In this document: piece after piece, positions 36,417-45,650 of the stretch
Layout of the letters: the number at the start of each line of letters is the position of its first letter
How positions within the stretch are numbered: the first letter of the stretch is position 1
Assembly (NCBI GenBank): GCA_964634365.1
Contig: CAZWJU010000002.1
Span: 32,069-96,068, forward strand
Reading direction: 5' to 3'
Source: an uncultured Candidatus Saccharibacteria bacterium
GTDB taxonomy: Bacteria > Patescibacteriota > Minisyncoccia > Phycocordibacterales > UBA9973
DNA: 64,000 nucleotides
Program-made: the position numbers and the translations under genes
The notes under the pieces: generated by a model
What the model was told of the DNA's origin: nothing
Databases searched by the model: none
Seen by the model: the letters and a program-made list of their open reading frames with translations, nothing else

Positions 36417-36476
36417 GAAAAATATGACCCAGTAGTTCAATATGCTCATTGAACGACGGCGAGTATTTTATCTGTG
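36417..36476 (+). ncRNA. Conserved ~60-nt structured intergenic element, copy B
   Basis: 92% identical to 31454-31513; located after the tmRNA terminator and ~68 nt upstream of an unrelated small gene. Confidence 0.4.
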
Positions 36477-36543
36477 GCCAACTCCCTCAAATCCCCTTTG
36501 ACACTCCCCTCTTTTTATGATTAAATAAAAAAAATGTTAAAAT

Positions 36544-36963
36544 ATGATACTCGAACACACTTTAAAAACCCTAATAGAAAAAAAGGAAGGGAGTGAAATT
36601 ATTTTAGAATTTTGGCATAAAGGAAAAGTTTTTCGTGCCTGTCTTGAACAGTGTCATATGGAAAGAAAAACAAAGATAGTATTTTTAAAATTCAAAGATG
36701 CTATCTTTTATGAGAAGCAGCGAAAAGAGTGGGTGCAAGCGGGGCGAGATATGTTTTCCTGTATGTGTTTCAATACAGAAGAAGATACATGTGAGATCGC
36801 AAAAAGCGGCACGGTGAATTTAAACTCAAAAATTTTTGGGAAGGTTACAATATTCCCAAATGGGCAAATTCACAACAAAGATGTCTCTGGTGGGTACTAC
36901 CGACAAAAAAGCACAAACCAGCAAATACTGGCAGAGACAACAAAAAACCTCTGTCAAAACTAA
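36544..36963 (+). CDS. Hypothetical Cys/His-containing protein (139 aa)
   Basis: ORF preceded by copy B of the conserved element; no family recognised. Confidence 0.45.
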   Translation: MILEHTLKTLIEKKEGSEIILEFWHKGKVFRACLEQCHMERKTKIVFLKFKDAIFYEKQRKEWVQAGRDMFSCMCFNTEEDTCEIAKSGTVNLNSKIFGKVTIFPNGQIHNKDVSGGYYRQKSTNQQILAETTKNLCQN

Positions 36964-36989
36964 CAAAAAGCGCAAAATATTTTGCGCTT

Positions 36990-37733
36990 TTATATTTTAT
37001 AGTCCCCTACGGTCGTGCGCTTGAGTGAATACACAACTGCACCAGTTTTAAATTTACGACCTATATCATCGACAAAAGTACGAACATAGAACCCAGAGCC
37101 AACTTTTATAGAAAATGTAACCAACGTAAAATTCCCCCAATTTTTTAAAATATTTCTCCAGGCTAAAAGTGTCTCGGCTTGTCTAAAATCTCCCTTAACT
37201 AACTTGCATATCTCCTCTACTCTATCGGCAATCTCTATGCTTGATACTTTTTTTATAGATTTCAAATCTCCTTCATACAATTCAACTTTATGTCTCGGGC
37301 GGATAATTTTTGCACCAGCTCTGGCTAAAGTTATGAGGGATTTACCTTTTATTGTTTTTGAAGAAAAGATTGGATACTTTTGGTTTATGGTTATTGGCGT
37401 ATTTTGAAATATTTTATCCAACTCCTGTTTTATAAAAACATCATCTATTGGGGCTTTATTTTTACCAGCACTAGGAATACCCAAAAGGTCGTATGTGTCA
37501 GTGGTAAAACCCAAAAGCATAGAAACCTCGTATGTTTTAGGGAGTTTGGTATACACCTCCTTTTCCTTGCACAATTCACCACCCAAGAGCACCAAAAGCC
37601 CCTCGGCTGCTGGATCAAGCCTACCCGCATAAGTCATGGGTATATTCTTGTAGAGTGGGTTTATAAGCCTAAAGCGCTCTATGGCCTCAAGCGGGGTTTC
37701 CCCTAGCCTTTTTTGGAAAAGTATTGGTCCCAT
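36990..37733 (-). CDS. truB: tRNA pseudouridine(55) synthase TruB-like
   Basis: Catalytic Asp motif context YAGRLDPAAEGLLVLLGG. Confidence 0.7.
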   Translation of the reverse strand: MGPILFQKRLGETPLEAIERFRLINPLYKNIPMTYAGRLDPAAEGLLVLLGGELCKEKEVYTKLPKTYEVSMLLGFTTDTYDLLGIPSAGKNKAPIDDVFIKQELDKIFQNTPITINQKYPIFSSKTIKGKSLITLARAGAKIIRPRHKVELYEGDLKSIKKVSSIEIADRVEEICKLVKGDFRQAETLLAWRNILKNWGNFTLVTFSIKVGSGFYVRTFVDDIGRKFKTGAVVYSLKRTTVGDYKI

Positions 37734-37854
37734 ATATTGAATAGATTAGCACGAGACAGGGCCAAGTCATTTATTGACTTTTCATATATAAAAGGCTATT
37801 ATATGGACCAAGGTATTCGAACTAAATTACCTATTTCTTAACAATACTGAACGC

Positions 37855-38373
37855 TTGCGAGAACGCATAAACAACCAAATAAGGGCTAAAGAACTAAGAG
37901 TCATAGATAGTGAAAATGGCAATTTGGGTGTACTCTCGTTCAAAGAAGCTCTAGATATGGCGATAGAACGCGGTATGGACCTGATTGAAATATCTCCAAA
38001 CGCCAATCCCCCAGTCGCAAAGATAATGGACTTTGGGAAGTATCAGTATGAACAGAACAAGAAACAGAAGAAGGCAAAAGCAGGGGCGAAACCTACAGAA
38101 ACAAAATCAATACAGGTTAAAATAGCCACCGGCGAACATGATCTAGAGCTAAAAGCTAAACAAGCTTCAAACTGGCTAAAAGAAGGTCACCGTATAAAAG
38201 TTGAACTATTCCTATCTGGTAGAGCAAAGTTCATGGCCGATGCATTTCTAAGAGAGAGATTGGACCGAGTACTACACTTGATAACCGAAGAATACAAAGT
38301 TAGCGAATCTTACAAAAGAGGCCCTAAGGGTATCACAATAACAATCGAACGTGATACTAAAAAAACAATTTAA
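37855..38373 (+). CDS. infC: Translation initiation factor IF-3
   Basis: RINNQIRAKELRVIDSENGNLGV...PPVAKIMDFGKYQYE...; classic infC-rpmI-rplT operon. Confidence 0.9.
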   Translation: MRERINNQIRAKELRVIDSENGNLGVLSFKEALDMAIERGMDLIEISPNANPPVAKIMDFGKYQYEQNKKQKKAKAGAKPTETKSIQVKIATGEHDLELKAKQASNWLKEGHRIKVELFLSGRAKFMADAFLRERLDRVLHLITEEYKVSESYKRGPKGITITIERDTKKTI

Positions 38374-38403
38374 CCATTACAAGCAAAAATATTTAAAAAG
38401 ACT

Positions 38404-38592
38404 ATGATAAAAACAAACAAATCATACGCAAAGCGTTTGAAAAAGACAAAAAGCGGAAAACTTTTGGCTCGAAAGCCTGGGTTCAACCATTTTAATGCAA
38501 AACAAAGTCGCACAGAACAACTTGCAGGCCGAAAGATGAAAGAGTTTATTATGAAAAATAAAATAAGAAGCCAAATGCTTCCAAATATGTAA
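38404..38592 (+). CDS. rpmI: 50S ribosomal protein L35
   Basis: 62 aa, basic, MIKTNKSYAKRLKKTKSGKLLARK. Confidence 0.85.
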   Translation: MIKTNKSYAKRLKKTKSGKLLARKPGFNHFNAKQSRTEQLAGRKMKEFIMKNKIRSQMLPNM

Positions 38593-38593
38593 T

Positions 38594-38938
38594 ATGTCAC
38601 GAGTAAAAAGAGGAGTAATAAAAAATAAGCGTCGTAAAAATGTACTTTCTAAAACTAAAGGTTACCGTTTTGGAAGAAGTACAAAAGAAGCTCAAGCAAA
38701 AGAAGCTATTGCACACGCTGGAACACATGCTTTTGCACACAGAAAAGATAAAAAAGCAGATCGCAGAGCAAGTTGGCAAGTAGATATCAATGCTGCAACT
38801 AGAGAGCTTGGAATGTCATACAGTAAATTCATAGACAAACTAAAGAAAAAGAATATCGGTTTGGATAGAAAAGTTTTATCTCAAATCGCAATAGAAAATC
38901 CTGAAAGTTTTGAAAAAATATTCAAACAGGTAGCATAA
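38594..38938 (+). CDS. rplT: 50S ribosomal protein L20
   Basis: MSRVKRGVIKNKRRKNVLSKTKGYRFGRS... canonical L20. Confidence 0.9.
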   Translation: MSRVKRGVIKNKRRKNVLSKTKGYRFGRSTKEAQAKEAIAHAGTHAFAHRKDKKADRRASWQVDINAATRELGMSYSKFIDKLKKKNIGLDRKVLSQIAIENPESFEKIFKQVA

Positions 38939-38940
38939 TA

Positions 38941-38964
38941 AAATCCCCCACTCGGGGGATTTTA
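38941..38964. terminator. Bidirectional terminator (AAATCCCCCACTCGGGGGATTT)
   Basis: Read directly. Confidence 0.7.
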
Positions 38965-39600
38965 TTATGCTAGCGGGTCAGATTTTAATTTAAATTCCTG
39001 CACCTTGTCTTCTTGGACCAATTTCATAACCTTCCTTACTAGCTCTTTAGGATCAGAATCAAAAACAATTTTCGCGTTTGGTCTATGGCCGTCTTCAAGT
39101 AGTTTCTTGATGTCTTTCGCCGTATCCCAATCCCCTTCAAGTATTCCAATAGGCTTGTTATCTTCAAAAGCAATAGTAAACTCGTGGATTGTACCTATAC
39201 GACCACAACCTATAAACACAGCATCGCAAGTTCTAGTAAACAACAGATCTCGTCCAGGATAACCAAAACCTGTATAGATAATCAAATCCATATAATCTAA
39301 AGGCAACCTATAAGTATCTACATGCTCTCGCTCATTTACTGCTGGAGATAAACCAATAGACATCCCCTTCTCTTCTTTTGTTCCCATTGCACTCCAAAGA
39401 GGAAAACCGGTTGTTGCTCCGGTGACTAAAATACCACCCTGCCTAACTATCTCCTTTCCAAGCTCTTTTGCCTTGTCTAGAGCATCAACACCACAGTGAC
39501 CAGTTTCTGCTGCACCAGATACACCAAGCTTAACTTTTAAATGATTGTGTTTGTCTCCATTCCCAATCGGACCGTTGTAACATAAATATTCAGTACCCAT
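38965..39600 (-). CDS. LOG/SLOG-family Rossmann-fold protein (TIGR00725-like)
   Basis: GGILVTGATTGFPLWSAMG and GCGRIGTIHEF blocks resemble the GGGxGxMG / PGGxGTxxE motifs of LOG-type proteins. Confidence 0.5.
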   Translation of the reverse strand: MGTEYLCYNGPIGNGDKHNHLKVKLGVSGAAETGHCGVDALDKAKELGKEIVRQGGILVTGATTGFPLWSAMGTKEEKGMSIGLSPAVNEREHVDTYRLPLDYMDLIIYTGFGYPGRDLLFTRTCDAVFIGCGRIGTIHEFTIAFEDNKPIGILEGDWDTAKDIKKLLEDGHRPNAKIVFDSDPKELVRKVMKLVQEDKVQEFKLKSDPLA

Positions 39601-39610
39601 ATGATATATA

Positions 39611-40978
39611 TTAACACGCTAAGATCACGCTCTCTCCTGGTTTCGGCACAACTGCATCGATACCAAAATTATCGCGTAATTTTTGAACTAAAAATAATGA
39701 CGACTTCGGCTCTCCCATAACTACATAAACTCTTCTGACTGTTTCCTGTGTATCTGAAACGAAATTGATCAAATTGTCAGAATCTTTGTGTCCAGAATAT
39801 CCACTAATCTTTTCTATATGAGCCCTTACTGGTACATCTTCGCCAAATATCTTAACTGTCTTTGCACCGTCTTCTATAGCGCGCCCCATTGTACCGGAAG
39901 ACTGATATCCTATTAAAAGCAGTGTGTTGTTCTCGTCTGGAAGATAATTTTTCTCATGATGAACAATTCTTCCTCCATTAGACATACCACTTCCTGCAAT
40001 TATTATTTTAGGATCTGGAGTATTTAATATCATTTTAGATTCTTCTGTCTTTAGAGTTGCGTGCAGACCCTTAAACATAAATATATCGTCTCCATGATCT
40101 ATGTGTGAAAGTGCGTCTTTGTTTAAAAGTTTTTCGTAACTTCTATATATCTTTGTAAGCTTTATGGCCAAAGGTGAATCAAAAAATATAGGCATCTTTG
40201 GTATACGCTCATTTTCTACCATGTCATTTATTTCAAAAAGTAATTCCTGGGAACGTTCAAGAGAAAAAGTTGGGATTATGAGTGTACCATTACGCTTGAA
40301 GTTGTCTTGGATAATTGCCTGCAATCTCTGCTTGCGCTCCCCTCTAGATTCATGGTTTCTATCTCCATAGACAGATTCCATAATCATATAATCGGCGTCA
40401 TCAATTTTTTCAGTATCTAAAAGTATAGGCGAAGGAGAATTGCCTAAGTCACCGGTAAAAACTATGTTCTTACCATTGTATTTTATATAAAGCATACCAG
40501 ATCCAAGTATGTGACCGGCGTCTTTGTAGAAAATAGATAAATTCTCGAATTCTTTTATCTCCTCATGATAATCAACCCCTTTCCATAATTTCATTATCTC
40601 GGCCACTGCTTCTGCGGTATATATTTCGTCTAGTTTGTGTTCTACATCTCTTCCAAGTATGACTGTAGTATCCAAAAGCATTGGTAGTGCTAAATCTTTG
40701 GTAGCGTTTGTAGAATATATAACTCCTCTAAAACCATCTTTAAAAAGCTTTGGTATACGACCTATATGGTCGATATGTGCGTGTGTTATAAACAGGGCGT
40801 CAATCTGTTTTGGATCATATGAAAAATCTTTCCAGTTTATTTCATCTGCTAGCTTAGTAGATTGTAGTAGTCCACAATCGATTAGTATTTTGTGATTTTC
40901 TGCTTCAAAAAGAAAATTAGCACCAGTAACAGTGCCTGCGCCAGAGCAAAAAGTTACAACAGCTTCTTTTTTATCCAT
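39611..40978 (-). CDS. MBL-fold beta-CASP family ribonuclease (RNase J / CPSF-like)
   Basis: Metallo-beta-lactamase HxHxDH (ITHAHIDHIG) with downstream beta-CASP motifs; 455 aa. Confidence 0.65.
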   Translation of the reverse strand: MDKKEAVVTFCSGAGTVTGANFLFEAENHKILIDCGLLQSTKLADEINWKDFSYDPKQIDALFITHAHIDHIGRIPKLFKDGFRGVIYSTNATKDLALPMLLDTTVILGRDVEHKLDEIYTAEAVAEIMKLWKGVDYHEEIKEFENLSIFYKDAGHILGSGMLYIKYNGKNIVFTGDLGNSPSPILLDTEKIDDADYMIMESVYGDRNHESRGERKQRLQAIIQDNFKRNGTLIIPTFSLERSQELLFEINDMVENERIPKMPIFFDSPLAIKLTKIYRSYEKLLNKDALSHIDHGDDIFMFKGLHATLKTEESKMILNTPDPKIIIAGSGMSNGGRIVHHEKNYLPDENNTLLLIGYQSSGTMGRAIEDGAKTVKIFGEDVPVRAHIEKISGYSGHKDSDNLINFVSDTQETVRRVYVVMGEPKSSLFLVQKLRDNFGIDAVVPKPGESVILAC

Positions 40979-40986
40979 CCCGTATA

Positions 40987-41439
40987 TTATATATTATTAT
41001 TTTTATTTGCCCATATATTTCTCAAAACTAAAACATATGCGAGTAAACCTCCGGATATATCAAAAAATAAATCACTTACAGAATCTAGTGGTGTACCCAA
41101 ATCTCCAAAAGTTATGCGAGCAACTCCAAATTCATACAACTCCCAAGCAAAACCCACTGCAAAAACAAACAGGACAAACCTTATAACACTAGATCTAGAC
41201 AATATGTCTGACGGCAATGTAAAAAAACTAGATTTTATAATATGACCAAGACCAATATACAAAAAACCCAAGAACACTCCACCTAAAAAGTGCATTGGCA
41301 TATCAAACCACCAGATACTTAGATACCAAAAAAACTTCATTGCCAGCAAATTGGTAAATAAGATAAACAAAATAAGTACTAAAAGCCTGATTCTGATATA
41401 TTTTGTGGTTGTCATAGGTATATTATACTTTAAAACCAT
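40987..41439 (-). CDS. Hypothetical integral membrane protein (4 TM)
   Basis: Hydrophobic 150-aa ORF; preceded by a long structured leader. Confidence 0.5.
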   Translation of the reverse strand: MVLKYNIPMTTTKYIRIRLLVLILFILFTNLLAMKFFWYLSIWWFDMPMHFLGGVFLGFLYIGLGHIIKSSFFTLPSDILSRSSVIRFVLFVFAVGFAWELYEFGVARITFGDLGTPLDSVSDLFFDISGGLLAYVLVLRNIWANKNNNI

Positions 41440-41702
41440 AAAAAAATCCCTGCTTTGTAGCAGAGAGGCTTTTTAGGACTACCCAGAGTTATTACCGTAG
41501 CGTATTTTATGCTACGTGGGTCTCCTCGATGTAGTGTATCGGTCACCTTGCGGCTCCACCAACATTACAAAAGTTTGGAATCCCATAAACTCAAATGTTC
41601 TCGGTAATACTTATAAGTAATCCTACGGATATTATAGACTAGCGAATATTATTGCACAATCTAGACGAAATTTTTATTTGTTTTAAAACTTTTAAATAAA
41701 AC
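41440..41702 (-). promoter_or_regulatory. Long structured 5' leader with a terminator-like hairpin (CUCUGCU acaa AGCAGGG + U7) abutting the start codon; candidate riboswitch/attenuator
   Basis: ~260-nt non-coding region upstream of a minus-strand membrane-protein gene. It contains several stable hairpins (e.g. CGTAGC..GCTACG) and an intrinsic-terminator-like stem immediately 5' of the ATG. Confidence 0.35.
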
Positions 41703-41726
41703 AAAAACCCATGATCATGGGTTTTT
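41703..41726 (-). terminator. Intrinsic terminator (AAAACCCATGA TCATGGGTTTT) after ndk
   Basis: Perfect palindrome directly downstream of the ndk stop. Confidence 0.7.
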
Positions 41727-41735
41727 GTCAAAAGA

Positions 41736-42212
41736 TTAATCTTTATGTTCAGAGTAAATCAGATCTGTGTCAATTTTTGCATAAGAGAACAGCTCATCGG
41801 ATTTAAAAAATCTTTTTATTTCATTTTCTCCAGCTTCTACAGAATCAGAAGCGTGAACTAGATTTGACTGAGAGCTCATAGAAAAATCTCCTCTTATGCT
41901 TCCAGCATCTGCTTCATATCCTCGTGTTGGCCCCACAATTAGTCTTATTGCTGATACAGCATTTATGCCTGAAACTGCCATAACTATAACAGGACATGTT
42001 TTCATATAGTTCAAAATACCAGGGAAAAATGGTTTGTCGGCAATGTGTGCATAGTGTTCTTTCAATATAGTATCCTCTACTGTCATCATCTTCATGCCGA
42101 TTATTTTTAAACCCTTTCTTTCAAAACGGCTTATGATTTCACCCACAAGATTACGCTGAAGTGTGTCCGGCTTGATTATTATTAGTGATTTTTCTTCGTT
42201 TGGTCGTGCCAT
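41736..42212 (-). CDS. ndk: Nucleoside diphosphate kinase
   Basis: Active-site NLVHASDS, 158 aa. Confidence 0.9.
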   Translation of the reverse strand: MARPNEEKSLIIIKPDTLQRNLVGEIISRFERKGLKIIGMKMMTVEDTILKEHYAHIADKPFFPGILNYMKTCPVIVMAVSGINAVSAIRLIVGPTRGYEADAGSIRGDFSMSSQSNLVHASDSVEAGENEIKRFFKSDELFSYAKIDTDLIYSEHKD

Positions 42213-42275
42213 ATATTCTTTATATTAATACTAAAGTGCCCTCATAATACCTGAGAGTAGTACTTAAAGCAAGAT

Positions 42276-45005
42276 TTATTGTTGAGCTTTTTTGAACTTA
42301 GCAAAAACTTCTTCTTCGACTTCTACTCGATCACGTCCGTATTTTAGATATGAGATTTGTTTCAATTTTTCTACTATCTCTACGTTTCCTTTTCGTGGTG
42401 CCAGCGTCTCTATATTGAACGGCTTGAGTGCTGGGGCTCCGTTTATAATCATACTCATGTATGCATTGTAGTTGTCGAGTCTTGAGATATCTTGAGCTGT
42501 AAATGTTGGAGAAAATTTTGGCTCCAAGAAACTTGCGTCTTCAGGACTTATGCGGAAGACAGCCATAGACCCAACGTTACCAAATACCGCATTTTTAATA
42601 TCATCTGGAAGTTGTGATATGTATTGGTGGGCAACGTTTAGAGAAAGTCTGTACTTACGAGCCTCAGACAAAATAGATGCTATAGCCGGAGTAGTAACGT
42701 TCTGGAATTCGTCTATATAAAGATAGAAATCTGACATTTGTTTTCCATAAGAATCAACACGAGAAAGTGCCGCCATTTGAAACTTCATAACAATAAGCAT
42801 ACCGATCAAGTTTGCATTGAGTTCACCTAGTCTACCTTTTGAAAGATTCACAAGAAGAATCTTTTTGTTGTCCATAATATCTCTAAAATTCAAAGCAGAA
42901 GTCTCCTGGAGTACAACCGGGCGAGTAAATTCATTTGAAATAAATACATCGAACTTTGAAGTGATATAAGGCACAAAGTTCGCAAGCCCCTGATCCCCTG
43001 TAGTAGCCTCAGCAGACGCCCAAAATTGCTTCACTATTGGGTTTTTGCAATGCTCTAGCTTCATATCACGAAAAGCTTTATCGGCAAGCACTCGAGTGAT
43101 TTCAAGTAAAGTAGAGCCACTTTCTGGATGATCCATCACCAAATATGCACCGTTTTTAAAGTACTGTTCGAACATCGGACCCATAGATTCTTTTGAGAAC
43201 AGTTGGTTAAATATCATCATCAAGGTGTCTATAACCATAGTCTTCTGCTCTGGGTATCGTGGGTCGAACTCAAGCATATTGAGCGCCATCGGGCGAGGAA
43301 TATAAGCTGGATCAAAATATATAACATCATCTATTCTCTCTGGTGGAACATAAGACAAGATATCTTGTATGTCAGTTCCGTGAGGGTCAATAAAACAGCA
43401 CCCGTCACCATTTGCAATATCTTGAGCAATCATATTTTTCAAAATCACAGTCTTACCAGTACCAGTCTGACCAATAACATAAAAGTGTCGCATTCGGTCT
43501 TCGCGCTTCATGTGCACAGGAGTCTCCATCCCTCTGTATTTATTTATACCAAGCAATATACCATCACGAGACATCTCAAGTGGTGCTGGAGCGATACCAG
43601 CCTTGGCTTCTTTCAACTGAGGATTCCCTACTCCTACTGGGAAATGAAATATTGTCGAAAGCTCTCTTAGATTGAGAGGTAGATTTTCTGATTCATTTAT
43701 AAGTCTATAAGAATACTCATGAAATAATTCGGGTAATTTCTTTTCTGGAATTTTATTGAAAACAAATCTATTACTTCCAGGATCGTTGAATTGGTTGAAG
43801 GCACTTTCTAGTTCAGTTAAGATATCATCTGCTCTATTTTTTGTTTCAGCAGAAGAAATAAAGCGCACACTGACTTCTAAAATAGAACTTTTGATTTTCT
43901 CACTTATGTTACTTATTGCGTTGTCGTCAATTTTTTTCTCTTTATCTTTTTCTTTACCAGAACCAAACAATAGGTTTTTCGAAGCACTGATCAAGGCTTG
44001 CCCAACTTTGTATTTTTCATTGGCCTCTTTAACAGAAAGACCGTCTTTTACATCTTTTAAAATACTAGTAAAACGCTTTATAAAAGTATCTCCAGCTGGA
44101 ATAATCGTAAACTGTATAGCAGCGCCCTCGCCTTCACGTTTCATTTTAGAAAAAACATTTAAAATAGCCTGCATAGGATCATGCTCGAGTGCGTCATGAG
44201 TTTTTATAGGCATAATAGGATTCTCGGACAGGCTCGCATACGCACCAGAAGACGCACCGCCTACAGAAAAAATATTGTAGTCATCGCTAACTTCTCTGAC
44301 TTTTGCATCTGTATAGAAGGCAAGAACTTGTTTCTCAAACAACTGACCTTTATTTTTTGGAACAGCAGCATAAATAACGACTTCGTTACTAGAGCTAGAT
44401 AGTGATATTTCGAGTGTATAGTATTCTTTTGTCTTATTGTTTACATCTCCTGCAACAGACTGCATGCCTGCATAAAACTGCTCCATCGCACCCAAAAGCT
44501 CTTTGAAACCCTTTTCGTTGCCTGTTGTAGATGGAGGTAGAGTAATTTCAAATAAAGACATATTGAGCCCTTTGAACACTGGAGTGCCCTCTTTTAGTCC
44601 AGGTATATTTTGAGCTGATACAAGATACTGAACCAAAAATCTATGGAAGTCATCGTCTATATGTGGATTTTTAAACCCAGAAGCCATCTCCATAGCGGCT
44701 TTTATTCCTCTGGAAATCAAAATACCCAAAAGCTCTTCCATTTTGGAATCGTGAGCTTCTGGTTTTAGTCTTAAAACAAACTGACCTGCCTCTGATTCAG
44801 AAACTTTGTTTTTATCCGACAAAACTTGCTCTTGGGGTATATTTTTATATACATCTAGAGTTTCTTTTGCAATATTTTGTATTTCAGGTTTTGCGCCTGA
44901 CTCAACTAACTCTTGCTCTCTCTTGGCTATATGCTCTCGCAAAAATTTCAATTCCTCTTCGGGGGATTGAAATTTTGGTAGTTCCTTGAAAAAGTTTGGT
45001 TCCAT
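42276..45005 (-). CDS. TraD/TraG/VirD4-family (TrwB-like) P-loop ATPase with ~450-aa N-terminal region of unknown function
   Basis: Walker A GQTGTGKT, Walker B YIDEFQNV, C-terminal SEARKYRLSLNVAHQYISQL block typical of type IV coupling-protein / FtsK-HerA superfamily ATPases; 909 aa. Confidence 0.5.
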   Translation of the reverse strand: MEPNFFKELPKFQSPEEELKFLREHIAKREQELVESGAKPEIQNIAKETLDVYKNIPQEQVLSDKNKVSESEAGQFVLRLKPEAHDSKMEELLGILISRGIKAAMEMASGFKNPHIDDDFHRFLVQYLVSAQNIPGLKEGTPVFKGLNMSLFEITLPPSTTGNEKGFKELLGAMEQFYAGMQSVAGDVNNKTKEYYTLEISLSSSSNEVVIYAAVPKNKGQLFEKQVLAFYTDAKVREVSDDYNIFSVGGASSGAYASLSENPIMPIKTHDALEHDPMQAILNVFSKMKREGEGAAIQFTIIPAGDTFIKRFTSILKDVKDGLSVKEANEKYKVGQALISASKNLLFGSGKEKDKEKKIDDNAISNISEKIKSSILEVSVRFISSAETKNRADDILTELESAFNQFNDPGSNRFVFNKIPEKKLPELFHEYSYRLINESENLPLNLRELSTIFHFPVGVGNPQLKEAKAGIAPAPLEMSRDGILLGINKYRGMETPVHMKREDRMRHFYVIGQTGTGKTVILKNMIAQDIANGDGCCFIDPHGTDIQDILSYVPPERIDDVIYFDPAYIPRPMALNMLEFDPRYPEQKTMVIDTLMMIFNQLFSKESMGPMFEQYFKNGAYLVMDHPESGSTLLEITRVLADKAFRDMKLEHCKNPIVKQFWASAEATTGDQGLANFVPYITSKFDVFISNEFTRPVVLQETSALNFRDIMDNKKILLVNLSKGRLGELNANLIGMLIVMKFQMAALSRVDSYGKQMSDFYLYIDEFQNVTTPAIASILSEARKYRLSLNVAHQYISQLPDDIKNAVFGNVGSMAVFRISPEDASFLEPKFSPTFTAQDISRLDNYNAYMSMIINGAPALKPFNIETLAPRKGNVEIVEKLKQISYLKYGRDRVEVEEEVFAKFKKAQQ

Positions 45006-45023
45006 TAGTTTCTATTATACAGT

Positions 45024-45620
45024 ATGAAAAATAGATGGTATAGTAGCCATATGGATAAAATAAACAATTTTGATCATGCTAAGCCTCTTGAGGATATGGA
45101 TCCGAAAGAAAGCATCATATCTAATGCTGGGGGTGTGACCCAACAAAAAGCCGAGGAAATCACTCACCCTGCAGAACTAGAATACAATCAAAGAGATATT
45201 GATTATATTATTTCAACTAAACTAAAAGAAGAATTTGATAAATTAGATACATTTCAAAAATCTGTATTTAATAAATACGGACTGGATCTAAACAAAGAAA
45301 TTGATAGCAAGATATTTGACTTAATGTCTGAGCAAATGTTATTAGAAAGATTGAAAGTACTCGAAGCAACTATAGTTTTAGCAATAAATTCAAAAGAAAA
45401 AACAGAGGAAAGTAGAAGATACTACGAAAAACTACTAAAAGAATACAATGATGAAGTAATACGCTACAAGGATAGATACAAAAAAGAGCACGAACCAATA
45501 CAAAATACAGACCCAAAAGAAGCAGAGGAAATAATACTAAACTTCTTAAATCCAGAAAATAAAGAGCATCAGAAAAAAGAATTAAAACCGGAACAAGTAC
45601 TAGAAGAACAAATGTACTAA
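45024..45620 (+). CDS. Hypothetical charged coiled-coil protein
   Basis: 198-aa Lys/Glu-rich ORF; no family recognised. Confidence 0.4.
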   Translation: MKNRWYSSHMDKINNFDHAKPLEDMDPKESIISNAGGVTQQKAEEITHPAELEYNQRDIDYIISTKLKEEFDKLDTFQKSVFNKYGLDLNKEIDSKIFDLMSEQMLLERLKVLEATIVLAINSKEKTEESRRYYEKLLKEYNDEVIRYKDRYKKEHEPIQNTDPKEAEEIILNFLNPENKEHQKKELKPEQVLEEQMY

Positions 45621-45621
45621 A

Positions 45622-45650
45622 AAACACACCACGAGAGTGGTGTGTTTTTT
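45622..45650. terminator. Bidirectional terminator (AAAAACACACCAC gaga GTGGTGTGTTTTT)
   Basis: Read directly. Confidence 0.7.

Noticed and set aside
36420-36480. Conserved 60-nt element as a sigma70 promoter (TTGAGC / TTGAAC resembles a -35)
   Set aside because: No appropriately spaced -10 hexamer follows in either copy. The conservation extends over 60 nt with a maintained hairpin, which fits an RNA or recombination element better than a simple promoter. It is retained as a finding rather than called a promoter.
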